64,000 bases of DNA from Pristiophorus japonicus (lineage: Eukaryota): NCBI RefSeq assembly GCF_044704955.1, contig NC_091979.1:228656001-228720000 (forward strand), written 5' to 3'. Below, in pieces: positions 1 through 12,439 of this stretch (positions are counted from its first letter, which is position 1; each line of letters opens with the position of its first letter). A program made the translations under genes and the position numbers. Below the pieces are notes generated by a model that was not told the origin of the DNA, made no database searches, and saw only the letters and a list, made by a program, of their open reading frames with translations.

Positions 1-66
1 GTAATCCCACATCTATTACAGCCGATTAGAAGGCCTTACGCACACTTAGTAATTTACTTATATTAT

Positions 67-294
67 AAAAACAGAAAATGCTGGAAATGCTCAGGTGGTC
101 AGGGAGCATCTGTAAAGAGAGAAACAGAGATAACATTTCTGGTCGCTGACCTTTCTTCAGAGCAACATGAAAGGTCATCGACCTGAAACCTTAACTCTGT
201 TTCTCTCCTAACAGAGGCTCCCTGACCTGCTGAGTGTTTCCTGCATTTTCTGTTTCTGTTTCAGATTTCCAGCGTCCGCAGTATTTTGCTTTTG
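67..294. repeat. Palindromic repeat (Penelope/MER6-like); a partial copy lies at 44751-44836
   Basis: Arms of about 90 bp (67-160 and ~167-259) are imperfect reverse complements. Confidence 0.7.
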
Positions 295-1089
295 CATTCG
301 CAATTTAATAATGTTTGTTCATGCACTCAGTGCCCAGTCATAAGGTGTGAACTGGTGAGGAAGCAGAGCGGCTTCTGCCCGGAATATACGAAGCCCGTTA
401 GACGCTATAACCAGCAACGTTGCAAATTACATCAATGCAAATGATTATCGGTTGCAGTCCGCTGCAAGCGAGAGGGGACTCCACAACAAGACGCTCTATG
501 CCCCTTTTAAATGTGGCCGTTTGAGGTGATGGGGACTGCACTGGCTTCCCTAGGTACAAGAGGATATCGGTTCGTCAGAGGGCCTGGAATTTTTCTTTTA
601 GCCTTCTGTCTGCAATAATGGTTTTTCTTCAGGCCTGCTCTCAGTCCAGCATCAGACCCCGGGTCTCCAGGGAGGGAGTGTGCCACTGACACTGGCTCGC
701 GACAGCAGGTGTCGAGGACCCGCTGCCGGGAGGCTCAAACCCGACTCCGTGCATCAGGCAAACCCAGGTCCAAACCACGAGTGCACAGCAAGCGAGAGGA
801 GACCTCACATCGAGTGGTCCTGCATCTCGGCCTGTTGGTACAAAGGTGTGTTGCACAGTCAGGGTGCCGCTCTCCGCAGCCTGCCCCAACATCCGTGTCC
901 CGCCGCTCTTTCCTGCACCCACCGCACCAGGCCTCAACCACAAAGGCAGCCAATGTTCCCTCGTCTCCACTGTGTAACCGGCTCTGGGAAGTGCGCAAAG
1001 GCGGTGCACACCCCAGCCGTTTCTCTCAGTATTTACAGATGGCGCACTCGCAACATACCTGGCACTGGGACACTATCGGGAGGGAATGG

Positions 1090-2925
1090 GCGTCAGTCGT
1101 AGCTGAGTGGGCAGCACTCTCATCTCTTGAGTCATAAGATCGAGGGTTCAAGTCCCACTCCAGGGACTTGAGCACTAGATTTGAGGCGGATACTCCCATC
1201 GAGCGACACGCCGCCGGAGGGGCGGGACAGGGGGAGCGACGCGCCGCCGGAGGGGAGGGACAGGGGGAGCGACGCGCCGCCGGAGGGGAGGGACAGGGGG
1301 AGCGACGCAACGCCGGAGGGGAGGGACAGGGGGAGCGACGTGCCGCCGGAGGGGAGGGACAGGGGGAGCGACGCGCCGCCGGAGGGGTGGGACAGGGGGA
1401 GCGACGCGCCGCCGGAGGGGCGGGACAGGGGGAGCGCCGCGCCGCCGGAGGGGAGGGACAGGGGGAGCGCCGCGCCGCCGGAGGGGAGGGACAGGGGGAG
1501 CGCCGCGCCGCCGGAGGGGAGGGGAGGGACAGGGGGAGCGACACGCCGCCGGAGGGGAGGGACAGGGGGAGCGACACGCCGCCGGAGGGGAGGGACAGGG
1601 GGAGCGACACGCCGCCGGAGGGGAGGGACAGGGGGAGCGACACGCCGCCGGAGGGGAGGGACAGGGGGAGCGACACGCCGCCGGAGGGGAGGGACAGGGG
1701 GAGCGACACGCCGCCGGAGGGGAGGGACAGGGGGAGCGACACGCCGCCGGAGGGGAGGGACAGGGGGAGCGACACGCCGCCGGAGGGGAGGGACAGGGGG
1801 AGCGACACGCCGCCGGAGGGGAGGGACAGGGGGAGCGACACGCCGCCGGAGGGGAGGGACAGGGGGAGCGACACGCCGCCGGAGGGGAGGGACAGGGGGA
1901 GCGACACGCCGCCGGAGGGGAGGGACAGGGGGAGCGACACGCCGCCGGAGGGGAGGGACAGGGGGAGCGACACGCCGCCGGAGGGGAGGGACAGGGGGAG
2001 CGACACGTCGCCGGAGGGGAGGGACAGGGGGAGCGACACGCCGCCGGAGGGGAGGGACAGGGGGAGCGACACGCCGCCGGAGGGGAGGGACAGGGGGAGC
2101 GACACGCCGCCGGAGGGGAGGGACAGGGGGAGCGACACGCCGCCGGAGGGGAGGGACAGGGGGAGCGACACGCCGCCGGAGGGGAGGGACAGGGGGAGCG
2201 ACACGCCGCCGGAGGGGAGGGACAGGGGGAGCGACACGCCGCCGGAGGGGAGGGACAGGGGGAGCGACACGCCGCCGGAGGGGAGGGACAGGGGGAGCGC
2301 CGCAGCGCCGGAGGGGAGGGACAGGGGGAGCGACACGCCGCCGGAGGGGAGGGACAGGGGGAGCGACACGCCGCCGGAGGGGAGGGACAGGGGGAGCGCC
2401 GCAGCGCCGGAGGGGAGGGACAGGGGGAGCGACACGCCGCCGGAGGGGAGATACTGAGGGAGCGCCGCAGCGCCGGAGGGGAGGGACAGGGGGAGCGACA
2501 CGCCGCCGGAGGGGAGGGACGGGGGGAGCGACACGCCGCCGGAGGGGAGGGACAGGGGGAGCGACACGCCGCCGGAGGGGAGGGACAGGGGGAGCGACAC
2601 GCCGCCGGAGGGGAGGGACAGGGGGAGCGACACGCCGCCGGAGATGCCACCTTTTGGATGCGATGTTAAACCGAGGCCCCGTCTGCTCTCTCGTGGACGT
2701 AAAAGGCACGCTTCTAAAGAAGAACTTATCCTGGACCGATGTTTATCCCTCAACCAACATCACCAAAAAGAATTACATTGCTGTTTGTGGGAGCTTGCTG
2801 TATGCAAATTAGCTGCTGCGTTTCCTACATTACAACAGTTTGAAAGTATGTAATTGGCTGTAAAGCGCTTTGGGACGTCCTGAGGTTGTAAAAGGCACTA
2901 CAGAAATGGAAATCTTTCTTTCTTA
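1090..2925 (+). mobile_element. tRNA-derived DeuSINE-like SINE (SacSINE1-like) containing an internal minisatellite
   Basis: A/B-box head (GGTTCAAGTCCC at ~1145); Deu-like domain from 2641 (TAAACCGAGGCCCCGTCTG...TTGCTGTTTGTGGGAGCTTGC); TCTT tail. Confidence 0.8.
1201..2645 (+). repeat. 33-bp GC-rich minisatellite (about 43 copies)
   Basis: Unit GCCGCCGGAGGGGAGGGACAGGGGGAGCGACAC. Confidence 0.97.
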
Positions 2926-3045
2926 ACTACAGATTCAGACTGTATCTTGCTGTGTGTGGCGCCATTAGCGTTGACAGAATGTTACCGTGCACAGAAATCG
3001 TTACACACGCACGGACGTGTTGGTGAGCAGAGGTGAATCACTCAC

Positions 3046-3252
3046 ATGTGAGTAGGCAAAGGTCCCATCGCCCAGCTGAAAGGTGACGCCAGCTCCCTTG
3101 TGGTAGCACAGCACCGTGCATTCTGTCAGAATCTCACCGACCCCGTGCATGCTGGCCTGCTGCACCACAGCCCCAGGCTGCAGCAACTGGGGTCGCAGTG
3201 TCAAATGCACAGACTTCGAGTCCGGTTGCACGTACAGCACGCAGGCCTTCAC
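3046..3252 (-). CDS. PDCD11: PDCD11 coding exon 8 (VKACVLYVQP...GTFAYSH); gene continues beyond the window start
   Basis: 207 nt, cag/GTGAGT, in frame with exon 7. Confidence 0.9.
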
Positions 3253-3704
3253 CTGGAAGGGAAACACATTCCTTGCAGGTCATTGCGGACAGAACAGCAG
3301 CAACAAGGCATAAAATTCAGAAAATGCAGCAAATGCAATAATAGAATCAAATTCACGATAGAATCGCTCTCGATTGGGGACTGTGGGGTCCCCCAGTTAG
3401 ATCTATCCCAGTATATAATGCTGAGACCCTTTCCACTGGGGACTGTATGGGGTTTCCCAGTGATAATTATCCCTGTGTATAATTCTACACATGCCAGAGC
3501 AGCTTTTTGTTGAGACCCACTCTCCGGAATGCTGAGCTGATGCAGGCTGGTGTAAAAGTGAAGGTGATGGAGCAGGTATGATATAATGGCTTTTTATCCA
3601 AGGAGCCCATTGTCACATCGTTTGGGGAAGGCACAGGGGACAATCGCCGTGTGACTGAGCTCAGTAACTGGAACCCGAGTCTCTGCAGCCTTGGCATCAG
3701 TGCA

Positions 3705-3925
3705 TGTGTCTGTGTGTGTCGTGTCTGTGTGTGTGCATGTCGGCCTGTATCTGTGTGCGCGTGTGTCGGTGTGTATTGTCTGTGTGCGCGTCGGTGTGTG
3801 TTGACTGTGTGCGTGCGTGTCGGTGTGTGTTGTCTGTGTGCGCGTGTCGGTGTGTGTTGACTGTGTGCGTTTGTGTCGGTGTATGTTGTCTGTGTGCACG
3901 CTCGTGTCGGTGTGTGTTGTTTGCA
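3705..3925 (+). repeat. (TG)-rich compound microsatellite
   Basis: Repeating GTGTCGGTGTGTGTTG(A/T)CTGTGTGC units. Confidence 0.9.
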
Positions 3926-4340
3926 ATGAACATTCCCTCCAATAAAATCTGTGTCCAGAACTTTAATTCCTGACACAAGAGACAACGGCTTTGAGGTTGT
4001 CCCTTTCGCAGTATTTAAATCAATTCACGGTCACAATGACCTCCTGGAGCTCAGTTTTGATTGCCCTTCGGGGTCGGAGAGGAATTTCCCACAATATTTG
4101 GTTTGTTAACTCTCCCAGGAGAGGATTTGGCTGCTGGTGGGTGGGAGTACTGGGGGCGATAATGCTCAGTTGAATGGGATGGATTCAAGGGACCAGCTGG
4201 TCTTTTATCAATCAGTCTGGCTGGTGTGACCATTTGTATAATACCAGTTACAGTTCCCCGAGGGCTCATCGCCAGCTCCCGACGCCAATTTGTGAAGCAC
4301 CACGGAGTGTCTTGCTATATTAAAGGTTCCTCAAACTCAC

Positions 4341-4448
4341 CTGTTGACCCTGGCGGTAGGTCCCAACTTTCTGCGGGTCCAGGTGCATAAAATCCACAGA
4401 GCCCGACAAGCCGGAGAGGAACTGCAGAGCCAGGCCGCGGAAAGTCAC
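4341..4448 (-). CDS. PDCD11: PDCD11 coding exon 7 ([27 protein letters not shown]...)
   Basis: Manual translation; 108 nt, cag/GTGAGT; VDFMHLDP motif of vertebrate RRP5. Confidence 0.93.
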
Positions 4449-4531
4449 CTGCAATTAAATCAGCTTAAGAGTCGAACCAGGGAGCGGTCATCACAACACA
4501 AGCTCAAAGAAAGTCACTGCAGGCATGCGCC

Positions 4532-4995
4532 GAGAGAGGTCGGGCAGGGAGTGGTCAGACCTGGGCCTGCAGCCCAGTGCACACCCCGAGGGGTCAGAGG
4601 GAGAGAGGTCGGGCAGGGAGCGGTCAGACTTGGGCCTGCAGCCCAATGTACACCCAGAGGGGTCAGAGGGAGAGAGGTCGGGCAGGGAGAGTTCAGACAT
4701 GGGCCTGCAGCCCAGTGCGCACTCCGCGGGGTCAGAGGGAGAGAGGTCGGGCAGGGAGCGGTCAGACCTGGGCCTGCAGCCCAGTGTACACCCCGAGTGG
4801 CCGGAGCTAGAGAGAGAGATCAGGCACGGAGCGGTCAGACCTGGGCCTGCAGCCTAGTGCACACACCGAAGGGTCAGAGGGAGAGAGATCGGGCAGGGAG
4901 CGGTCAGACCTGGACCTGCTGTCCAGTGCACACCCCGAAGGGCCAGAGGGAGGGAGCAGGTCGGGCACGGAGCGGTCAATCCAGTGCACGCCCTC
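4532..4995 (+). repeat. About 69-bp tandem repeat (6-7 copies)
   Basis: GGGCAGGGAG recurs at 4542, 4611, 4680 and 4749. Confidence 0.9.
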
Positions 4996-6308
4996 TCAGC
5001 AACTGAGTGCAGTGCTTCATGAGAAGGTTCCTGTTACACAATTAGCAACGGTCACTCGCAGGCAGCCTCCCTCTGGCCAAATATTTGCGCCATGAAGTGT
5101 CCTGAGAAGAGTGAAGGAGGCTCGTGGTCAAAACTGTTCTGAAAGCAGGGTAGCCATTTCACAGAATCAGACAAATGTTGGTGCAGGTGGCGGCCATTTG
5201 GCGCAGCATGCCAGGCTCAATGCGAGCTCCCTCAGACTCATGTTAATCCATTTCCTTCTACCCTCCTCCTCTTTCCTTTTACACCTCCAGGACTAACCCG
5301 GAAATTCTGCCCCTTGTTAGTGATTCACCTATCTGTGGAAACAATCTTTCCCCATTTAACCTCAAACTCTTTCCTAATTTTAAATGTTAGATCATTTTTA
5401 ACCTTCACTCCTGCACTCAGTCCAAGCTCGTGTCCTTAATCGTGACTCTATCACATCCCTGGTACTGTCCTGCTGAGGGTGTCCCTCTTCCCATGCTTCA
5501 ATATCCTGGTTATAGTGGGATCCCCGAGGCTGCAGAGTGCTCCAACTGTGTCCTAACCTAACAGATTGATAATTATCCCCTTCACCGTACTCTAGAACTA
5601 GAAAGCTCAGGCAAAAAGATAACTCTTGAATTGCGCAGATATGAAACTGAAAGCAGAAAGCAGTGGGAGGTCAGGCACCACCCGAGATGGAAAAGGCTGG
5701 TTAGAGTCACCGCAACAGCTTTTCACTCAACTTCGGCTCTCCGCTCCAAGGTCACACGCAGATTGCTCACCCGGCTTAGTGCTCCTAGATAGGGACTGTG
5801 TCCAACTGGTTGGCTGCAAGGAGTTGATTCAAGGCCAGACTAATTATATGGGTCAGGAATACCCTGTGGTTACACTGTATTTACTACACACAACAGACCA
5901 TTCGGCCAAGCAGTCCATGACTGTTGATGCTCCACTCAAGCTTCCTCATCTCACCCTATCCTTTCATTCCTTTCTCCCTCACGTGTTTATTCAGCTTCCC
6001 CATAAAGGCATCTACACGATTCGCCTCAACCACTCCCTGTGGTAGCGAGCTCCACATTCTCACCACTCTCTGGGTAAAGATTCTTCTGAATTCCCGATCG
6101 GATTTATTAGTGAGCGTCATATATTGATGGCCCCCCCTAGTTTTGGAGAAGTGGTAACAAGTGGAAACATCTTCTCTAGATCTACTCTATCAAACCCCTT
6201 CATCATTGGCTTCCATCAGGTCACCCCTCAGCCTTCCCTTTGCTAGAGAAACGAGCCGCAGCCTGTTGACTCTTTGGGGAATGGGAGAGAAGATCTCAAT
6301 TGCTGCAC

Positions 6309-6490
6309 CTGGTGAACCTCAGCCCTCAGCACCAGCCCTGGGAGCAGGTTGCAGAGGTTCCATCTCTGATCTTCAGCTGCCGTCGCTGCAACCACGTCAG
6401 CCGGGCGGATCGAGAGCTGGACCACTCGCCCATCATTCTTCACCGACTCCACGAGAAAATGTAGGTACTGACCGACACGGAGAGGCAATC
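6309..6490 (-). CDS. PDCD11: PDCD11 coding exon 6 (LRVGQYLHFLVE...WNLCNLLPGLVL)
   Basis: 182 nt, phase 1-0; tag acceptor, weak GTGCAG donor. Confidence 0.9.
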
Positions 6491-6612
6491 CTAAGTGGGA
6501 GTAGAATACACCAGGGCCTCGGTTACAAGATACAAAAAAGGAAACACCAGAAATATGAGAGCAAGACAGTCAGCTGGAATATAAACTGCTCCTGGACCTG
6601 TCATTAAGCTAA

Positions 6613-8926
6613 GGGGGTGGGGGGGGGCGAGAGAGGGTGGGGGGGGGCGAGAGAGGGTGGGGGGGGCGAGAGAGGGTGGGGGGGGCGAGAGAGGGTGGGG
6701 GGGGCGAGAGAGGGTGGGGGGGGGCGAGAGAGGGTGGGGGGGGGGCGAGAGAGGGTGGGGGGGGGCGAGAGAGGGTGGGGGGGGGCGAGAGAGGGTGGGG
6801 GGGGGCGAGAGAGGGGTGGGGGGGGGCGAGAGAGGGTGGGGGGGGGCGAGAGAGGGTGGGGGGGGGCGAGAGAGGGTGGGGGGGGCGAGAGAGGGTGGGG
6901 GGGGGCGAGAGAGGGTGGGGGGGGGCGAGAGAGGGTGGGGGGGGGCGAGAGAGGGTGGGGGGGGGCGAGAGAGGGTGGGGGGGGGCGAGAGAGGGTGGGG
7001 GGGGGGCGAGAGAGGGTGGGGGGGGGGCGAGAGAGGGTGGGGGGGGGCGAGAGAGGGTGGGGGGGGGCGAGAGAGGGTGGGGGGGGGCGAGAGAGGGTGG
7101 GGGGGGGCGAGAGAGGGTGGGGGGGGCGAGAGAGGGTGGGGGGGGCGAGAGAGGGTGGGGGGGGGCGAGAGAGGGTGGGGGGGGCGAGAGAGGGTGGGGG
7201 GGGCGAGAGGGGGTGGGGGGGGGCGAGAGAGGGTGGGGGGGGCGAGAGAGGGTGGGGGGGGGCGAGAGAGGGTGGGGGGGGCGAGAGAGGGTGGGGGGGC
7301 GAGAGAGGGTGGGGGGGGCGAGAGAGGGTGGGGGGGCGAGAGAGGGTGGGGGGGCGAGAGAGGGTGGGGGGGGCGAGAGAGGGTGGGGGGGGCGAGAGAG
7401 AGGGTGGGGGGGGCGAGAGAGGGTGGGGGGGGCGAGAGAGGGTGGGGGGGGCGAGAGAGGGAGGGGGGGGGGCGAGAGAGGGTGGGGGGGGCGAGAGAGG
7501 GTGGGGGGGGGCGAGAGAGGGTGGGGGGGGGGCGAGAGAGGGTGGGGGGGGGCGAGGAGAGGGTGGGGGGGGGCGAGAGAGGGTGGGGGGGGGCGAGAGA
7601 GGGTGGGGGGGGCGAGAGAGGGGTGGGGGGCAGAGAGGGTGGGGGGCGAGAGAGGGTGGGGGGGGGCGAGAGAGGGTGGGGGGGGCGAGAGAGGGTGGGG
7701 GGGGGCGAGAGAGGGTGGGGGGGGGCGAGAGAGGGTGGGGGGGCGAGAGAGGGTGGGGGGGGCGAGAGAGGGTGGGGGGGGGCGAGAGAGGGTGGGGGGG
7801 GCAGAGAGGGTGGGGGGGGGGCGAGAGAGGGTGGGGGGGGGGCGAGAGAGGGTGGGGGGGGGCGAGAGAGGGTGGGGGGGGGCGAGAGAGGGTGGGGGGG
7901 GCGAGAGAGGGTGGGGGGGGGCGAGAGAGGGTGGGGGGGGCGAGAGAGGGTGGGGGGGGCGAGAGAGGGTGGGGGGGGCGAGAGAGGGTGGGGGGGGGCG
8001 AGAGAGGGTGGGGGGGGCGAGAGAGGGGGGGGGGGGCGAGAGAGGGTGGGGGGGGCGAGAGAGGGTGGGGGGGGCGAGAGAGGGTGGGGGGGGGCGAGAG
8101 AGGGTGGGGGGCGAGAGAGGGTGGGGGGGGCGAGAGAGGGTGGGGGGGGGCGAGAGAGGGTGGGGGGGGCGAGAGAGGGTGGGGGGGGGCGAAGAGAGGG
8201 TGGGGGGGGGCGAGAGAGGGTGGGGGGGGGCGAGAGAGGGTGGGGGGGGGCGAGAGAGGGTGGGGGGGGCGAGAGAGGGTGGGGGGGGGCGAGAGAGGTG
8301 GGGGGGGGCGAGAGAGGGTGGGGGGGGGGCGAGAGAGGGTGGGGGGGGGCGAGAGAGGGGTGGGGGGGGGCGAGAGAGGGTGGGGGGGGGCGAGAGAGGG
8401 TGGGGGGGCGAGAGAGGGTGGGGGGGGGCGAGAGAGGGTGGGGGGGGCGAGAGAGGGTGGGGGGGGCGAGAGAGGGTGGGGGGGGCGAGAGAGGGTGGGG
8501 GGGGGCGAGAGAGGGTGGGGGGGGCGAGAGAGGGTGGGGGGGGCAGAGAGGGTGGGGGGGGGCGAGAGAGGGTGGGGGGGGCGAGAGAGGGTGGGGGGGG
8601 CGAGAGAGGGTGGGGGGGGGCGAGAGAGGGTGGGGGGGGGGCGAGAGAGAGGGGGGGGGGGCGAGAGAGGGTGGGGGGGGCGAGAGAGGGTGGGGGGGCG
8701 AGAGAGGGTGGGGGGGGCGAGAGAGGGTGGGGGGGGCGAGAGAGGGTGGGGGGGGCGAGAGAGGGTGGGGGGGCGAGAGAGGGTGGGGGGGCGAGAGAGG
8801 GTGGGGGGGGCGAGAGAGGGTGGGGGGGGCGAGAGAGGGTGGGGGGGGCGAGAGAGGGTGGGGGGGGGCGAGAGAGGGTGGGGGGGGGCGAGAGAGGGTG
8901 GGGGGGGGCGAGAGAGGGTGGGGGTG
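6613..8926 (+). repeat. About 20-bp G-run minisatellite GCGAGAGAGGGT(G)n
   Basis: More than 100 copies with variable G-run length. Confidence 0.97.
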
Positions 8927-9092
8927 GCGTCGATCTGCAGGTGAGCCGATGTCATGGTTTAGAAATACAGGAATAGTTGGCCATCTGGGCTGTTGCTTTC
9001 CGCTCCATTGCACACTCTGACTGGCCCGCTGAGTGGGAAGTGTGGGTATAACGGTGAGGATTACCCCTGCGGTATTTCCCTCTGCGACTTAC

Positions 9093-9216
9093 CTCGGTTC
9101 CTGCTCTTGATGTGCTCCTGGGCCTTCTGTTGAGAGAGGAAGGCCTTGGTGGGTTTGACTCCAATATCGATCAGATACCCGTGGTCCTCCACACTGGACA
9201 CACAGCCCGAAAGCAG
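9093..9216 (-). CDS. PDCD11: PDCD11 coding exon 5 ([19 protein letters not shown]...)
   Basis: Manual translation gives the SVEDHGY motif; 124 nt, cag/GTAAGT. Not in the ORF track. Confidence 0.93.
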
Positions 9217-9547
9217 CTGAGGTTACAGAGAGGGAAGAGCAGCACTCAGTACACCATAGCAGGGAGCAGACTCAAGGCAACAGCGAACTGTATGCACAAT
9301 TACATCAATCTAAGACAGCCCTCTCTCTCCCCTCCATCCCTGGTACTGAGTGCCAGTGGAGTGACACCCAGGTAACAGGGAACTCCCAAGGAGATCGCTC
9401 GTTTACCTGGGGATGAGAAGTAGAAGAAAAGGCTGACAATAGGCCTTTAGATTTACATTTTGAAAGAATTCCTGGGAATTAAAACCAGGTATAAAAAGTC
9501 ACGGATGTGAGGAAAGGGAGAATTCCACGTAATTAAAAAAAGACACA

Positions 9548-10102
9548 GGGACCAAAATTGCCCCTTTCTTCAAGGCCTCTGGTCGCCGGTCGGTGCCACT
9601 GACGGCATTTGCTGTCGGTACCCTCTCTGTGGCTTGGCAGCACGACCGCCCTTAAAGGGGAAGTGGCACTGCCGGCAACGCCATGTTATTTTTTTTTGTT
9701 CATCAGCCGACTGCCAGGTCGGGCCGGCAATTATGGCCGTGGGTTCGGCCGGGCTGTCAACAGGCGTGCCAGCGTGCCATTCTTGGGTGCCAGGCCGCTA
9801 GCCCGGCTGAAACCTGAAACTCTCCCTTAGCGGTCCAGTGTTTGCCACTAAAGTGGCTGCAGAGTTCGCAGCGGCCCTCCCCTTTAACTGAAGGGGAGAG
9901 ACGTGACGCGCCAGCGCTATGATGTCACCAGCGCGGCCACTGATGCCTCGCAGCGTCAGTCACTCCTCCCCGATGATCAGGCCACTCCAAAAAATACCCC
10001 AAGTGCTGAATTTCTACGGAATGGCTGCCCCACGCATTGGGGCGGCCAAACTTCGAAAACGGTGGGTGCCCCTTGTTTTGGGCGGTGGGCAATTTCGGCC
10101 CC
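9548..10102. mobile_element. MITE-like TIR element
   Basis: GGGACCAAAATTGCCC ... GGGCAATTTCGGCCCC (14/16 match); flanks ACA/ACG. Confidence 0.6.
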
Positions 10103-10677
10103 ACGCTGTGTGGCAGAAAGTGGAGTTAAAAACCAATGCTGATAAATGATTTACAATTAACGCACCGTTTCCAGCTTTACCTTAACTTATACAAGTACTT
10201 CAATCTAGTATCGGAGAGAAGATACCCTACATATTCTTCCCCTCCCCACCCGAGATAACCTGCTCCCAAATTAAAGGGAGGGGTTTGAAGTTAAGTGAAA
10301 TGGATGAGTTTTGATTGCAATGGTCACAGTACATTTGCTTCCTGTCTGTAAAATAAAGCAGCTTAATAATTTGCATCTGGCCTCATCACACTAAAGTCAA
10401 TCCACGGCATGTGGGAAGGACACAATATCCAGTTCAGATCACAAGCGGGTCCTATTCTTACATGCTGGAGTTACACTATTAGATAATGGGCAGTATGAGC
10501 ACACTCCTGAACATACGACACTGGGAGCGCTTACGGCCGTGACCCAAGAGACTCCCTGCAGTGGACCCGAAGTTTGTAACAGACATGTTATTAGTTCTGG
10601 AATGTTGAGATGGGGGATGCATTTGGTGAAATGGTTTCCCTTGGATCAAGAGTGAGTGGGAATAACTAATCACTCAC

Positions 10678-10839
10678 CATTCCAGCTCGTAGTGCCCCCG
10701 CCGTCAGGGCCTTGTTCACATCCTTCGGGTTAATGGACAGTTTCAAGCTGTGGTGGCTGGCTTTCGTCTCTCCTAGCTCAGAGACAACACACCGCACAAC
10801 CATACCAGGGCTGTACAGGTCGGAGAGCACAGTCAGAAC
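10678..10839 (-). CDS. PDCD11: PDCD11 coding exon 4 (LSDLYSPGMVVRCVVS...LKLSINPKDVN)
   Basis: 162 nt, canonical splice sites, RRP5 S1 motif. Confidence 0.93.
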
Positions 10840-11812
10840 CTGCGATAGAACAGAACGGAACAGACCTGTGATCAGAGGCCCGACAGCAGAAAGCAGCACA
10901 AACATACCAGCCAAAACCTCGGCACCATTCACAAAGCTCAGGTCAGAAACTCCCTGTCCCCAAGGAATGACTCTAGTGTTCCACCTTGGAGCCGAGGCCA
11001 ACTATGGCGGTGACTGAGAGATATACAGTCTCCACCACTTACACCGGCAGTCCCCGCTTATAGCGGACAGCCACCTATAGCCAGCAAACGGCGCTCCCAT
11101 TTACCATAGGCACCAATCACAAGGCCGGCGGTGAAACCATATTAAGCCCAAAGACTATGTCCGCAGTTCAAGCAGTTGTTCCGCCTCGCCATTACCCGCA
11201 TTAGTTACTCTCTGCTGGCTAACAGAACCAATTAATTATCTCCCTCGCTGAAACAAAAACTTTTTCTTGAAGTTTAACTAAAGGAAATGACTTTAAAAAG
11301 CCTCTCTCTGCTGAGAGCCTTTCTGTAGAATGGACAGCACGGAAACAGGCCGTTCGGCCCAAAGGGTCAGTGCCCCTCCCACCCAACCTTTCCCCTCGCA
11401 AGTGGAAACATCTTCTCTACATCTAACCTATCAAACCCTTTCAACATTTTAAATGGTCTCCATCAGGTCACCCCTCAGCCTTCTCTTTTCTGGAGAAAGG
11501 AGCCCCAGCCTGTTAGCGAGCCCACGACACGTGGTGCAGACTGTAGCGAGAGGGCAGGACGCTGATTAACAGACACCTTTAGCCACAACGCTGTCAGAGG
11601 AGCCCCGTCACAGTTTCTTGGACTGGACCAGGACAGAACGGGGCTCAGTACAGATTCCCCCACCTGGCCTAGCCCCGACACGAACACATATGGCGGGAGA
11701 GTTAGACGTACCATGGGTGCTGGATACGCAGGACCCCCGCACTCCAGCAAGGAGGAGGACACGAGAAAAACCCACAAATAAAGGAAGAGCGGTGTAACAG
11801 GACCAGACTCAC

Positions 11813-11977
11813 CTCCGGCAGCTCCTCATTGACCTGCTCACTCAGCGACTTCGTAAACGCATCACTGATGTTGGTGAGACTCACGTAGCCAGTCAGCCCG
11901 TGGGGTAATCCGACGACAAGCTCAAAATCCGTCACTTCCTTCACACATCCGAGAAGGAGGGTCCCGACAGTCAGTTT
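11813..11977 (-). CDS. PDCD11: PDCD11 coding exon 3 (S1 domain, KLTVGTLLLGCVKEV...)
   Basis: 165 nt, cag/GTGAGT boundaries, S1-repeat sequence. Confidence 0.93.
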
Positions 11978-12104
11978 CTGGGGGTGGGGGGGAGGAGGGA
12001 AACAATTAACAAAATCCAGAACACACACTGTGGTGCCCCAGAGTTCACACACAAGAGATCAACTTCAATTTACACCAATGCGAGGCCACAAGCCAGACAT
12101 GGTA

Positions 12105-12350
12105 CTTCGGCCGAGCGGGGAAGGGGAAGGGAGGGGAGGGGAGGTGCATTCCCGCCAAATGGGGGAGGGAAGGGAAGGGCTGGGGAAGCACATTCCCGCC
12201 GAACGTGGAAGGGGCGGGCGAGGCGCACTCCCACCGAGTGGGGAAGGGGCAGGGCGGGGGAAGTGCACTCCGGCCGAGCGGGGGAACGGGAGGGGCGGGA
12301 AGAGGGAGGCGCACTCCCGCCGAGCGGGGGAAGCGAGGGGCGGGGCACAG
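12105..12350 (+). repeat. Degenerate ~40-bp G-rich tandem repeat
   Basis: Recurrent GCACTCCCGCCGAGCGGGG. Confidence 0.75.
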
Positions 12351-12439
12351 AAGGGCCGGCACGATTGGAGAGGACCAAGAGCCGATCTCACTGACGTACA
12401 CAAGATACCGCGTGGAACAGAATGAGTTAATCCGGAGCT

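Noticed and set aside
300-1050. Possible further PDCD11 exon
   Set aside because: No reading frame with splice sites resembling the expected next RRP5 segment; the next exon is probably outside the window.
1095-1170. tRNA-like A/B boxes
   Set aside because: Head of a SINE, not a complete cloverleaf.
1026-2812. Long ORFs of 430-575 aa in several frames
   Set aside because: Translations of a stop-free 33-bp minisatellite.
6491-9020. Pro-rich and Gly-rich ORFs of about 800 aa
   Set aside because: G-run minisatellite inside a PDCD11 intron; open in most frames.
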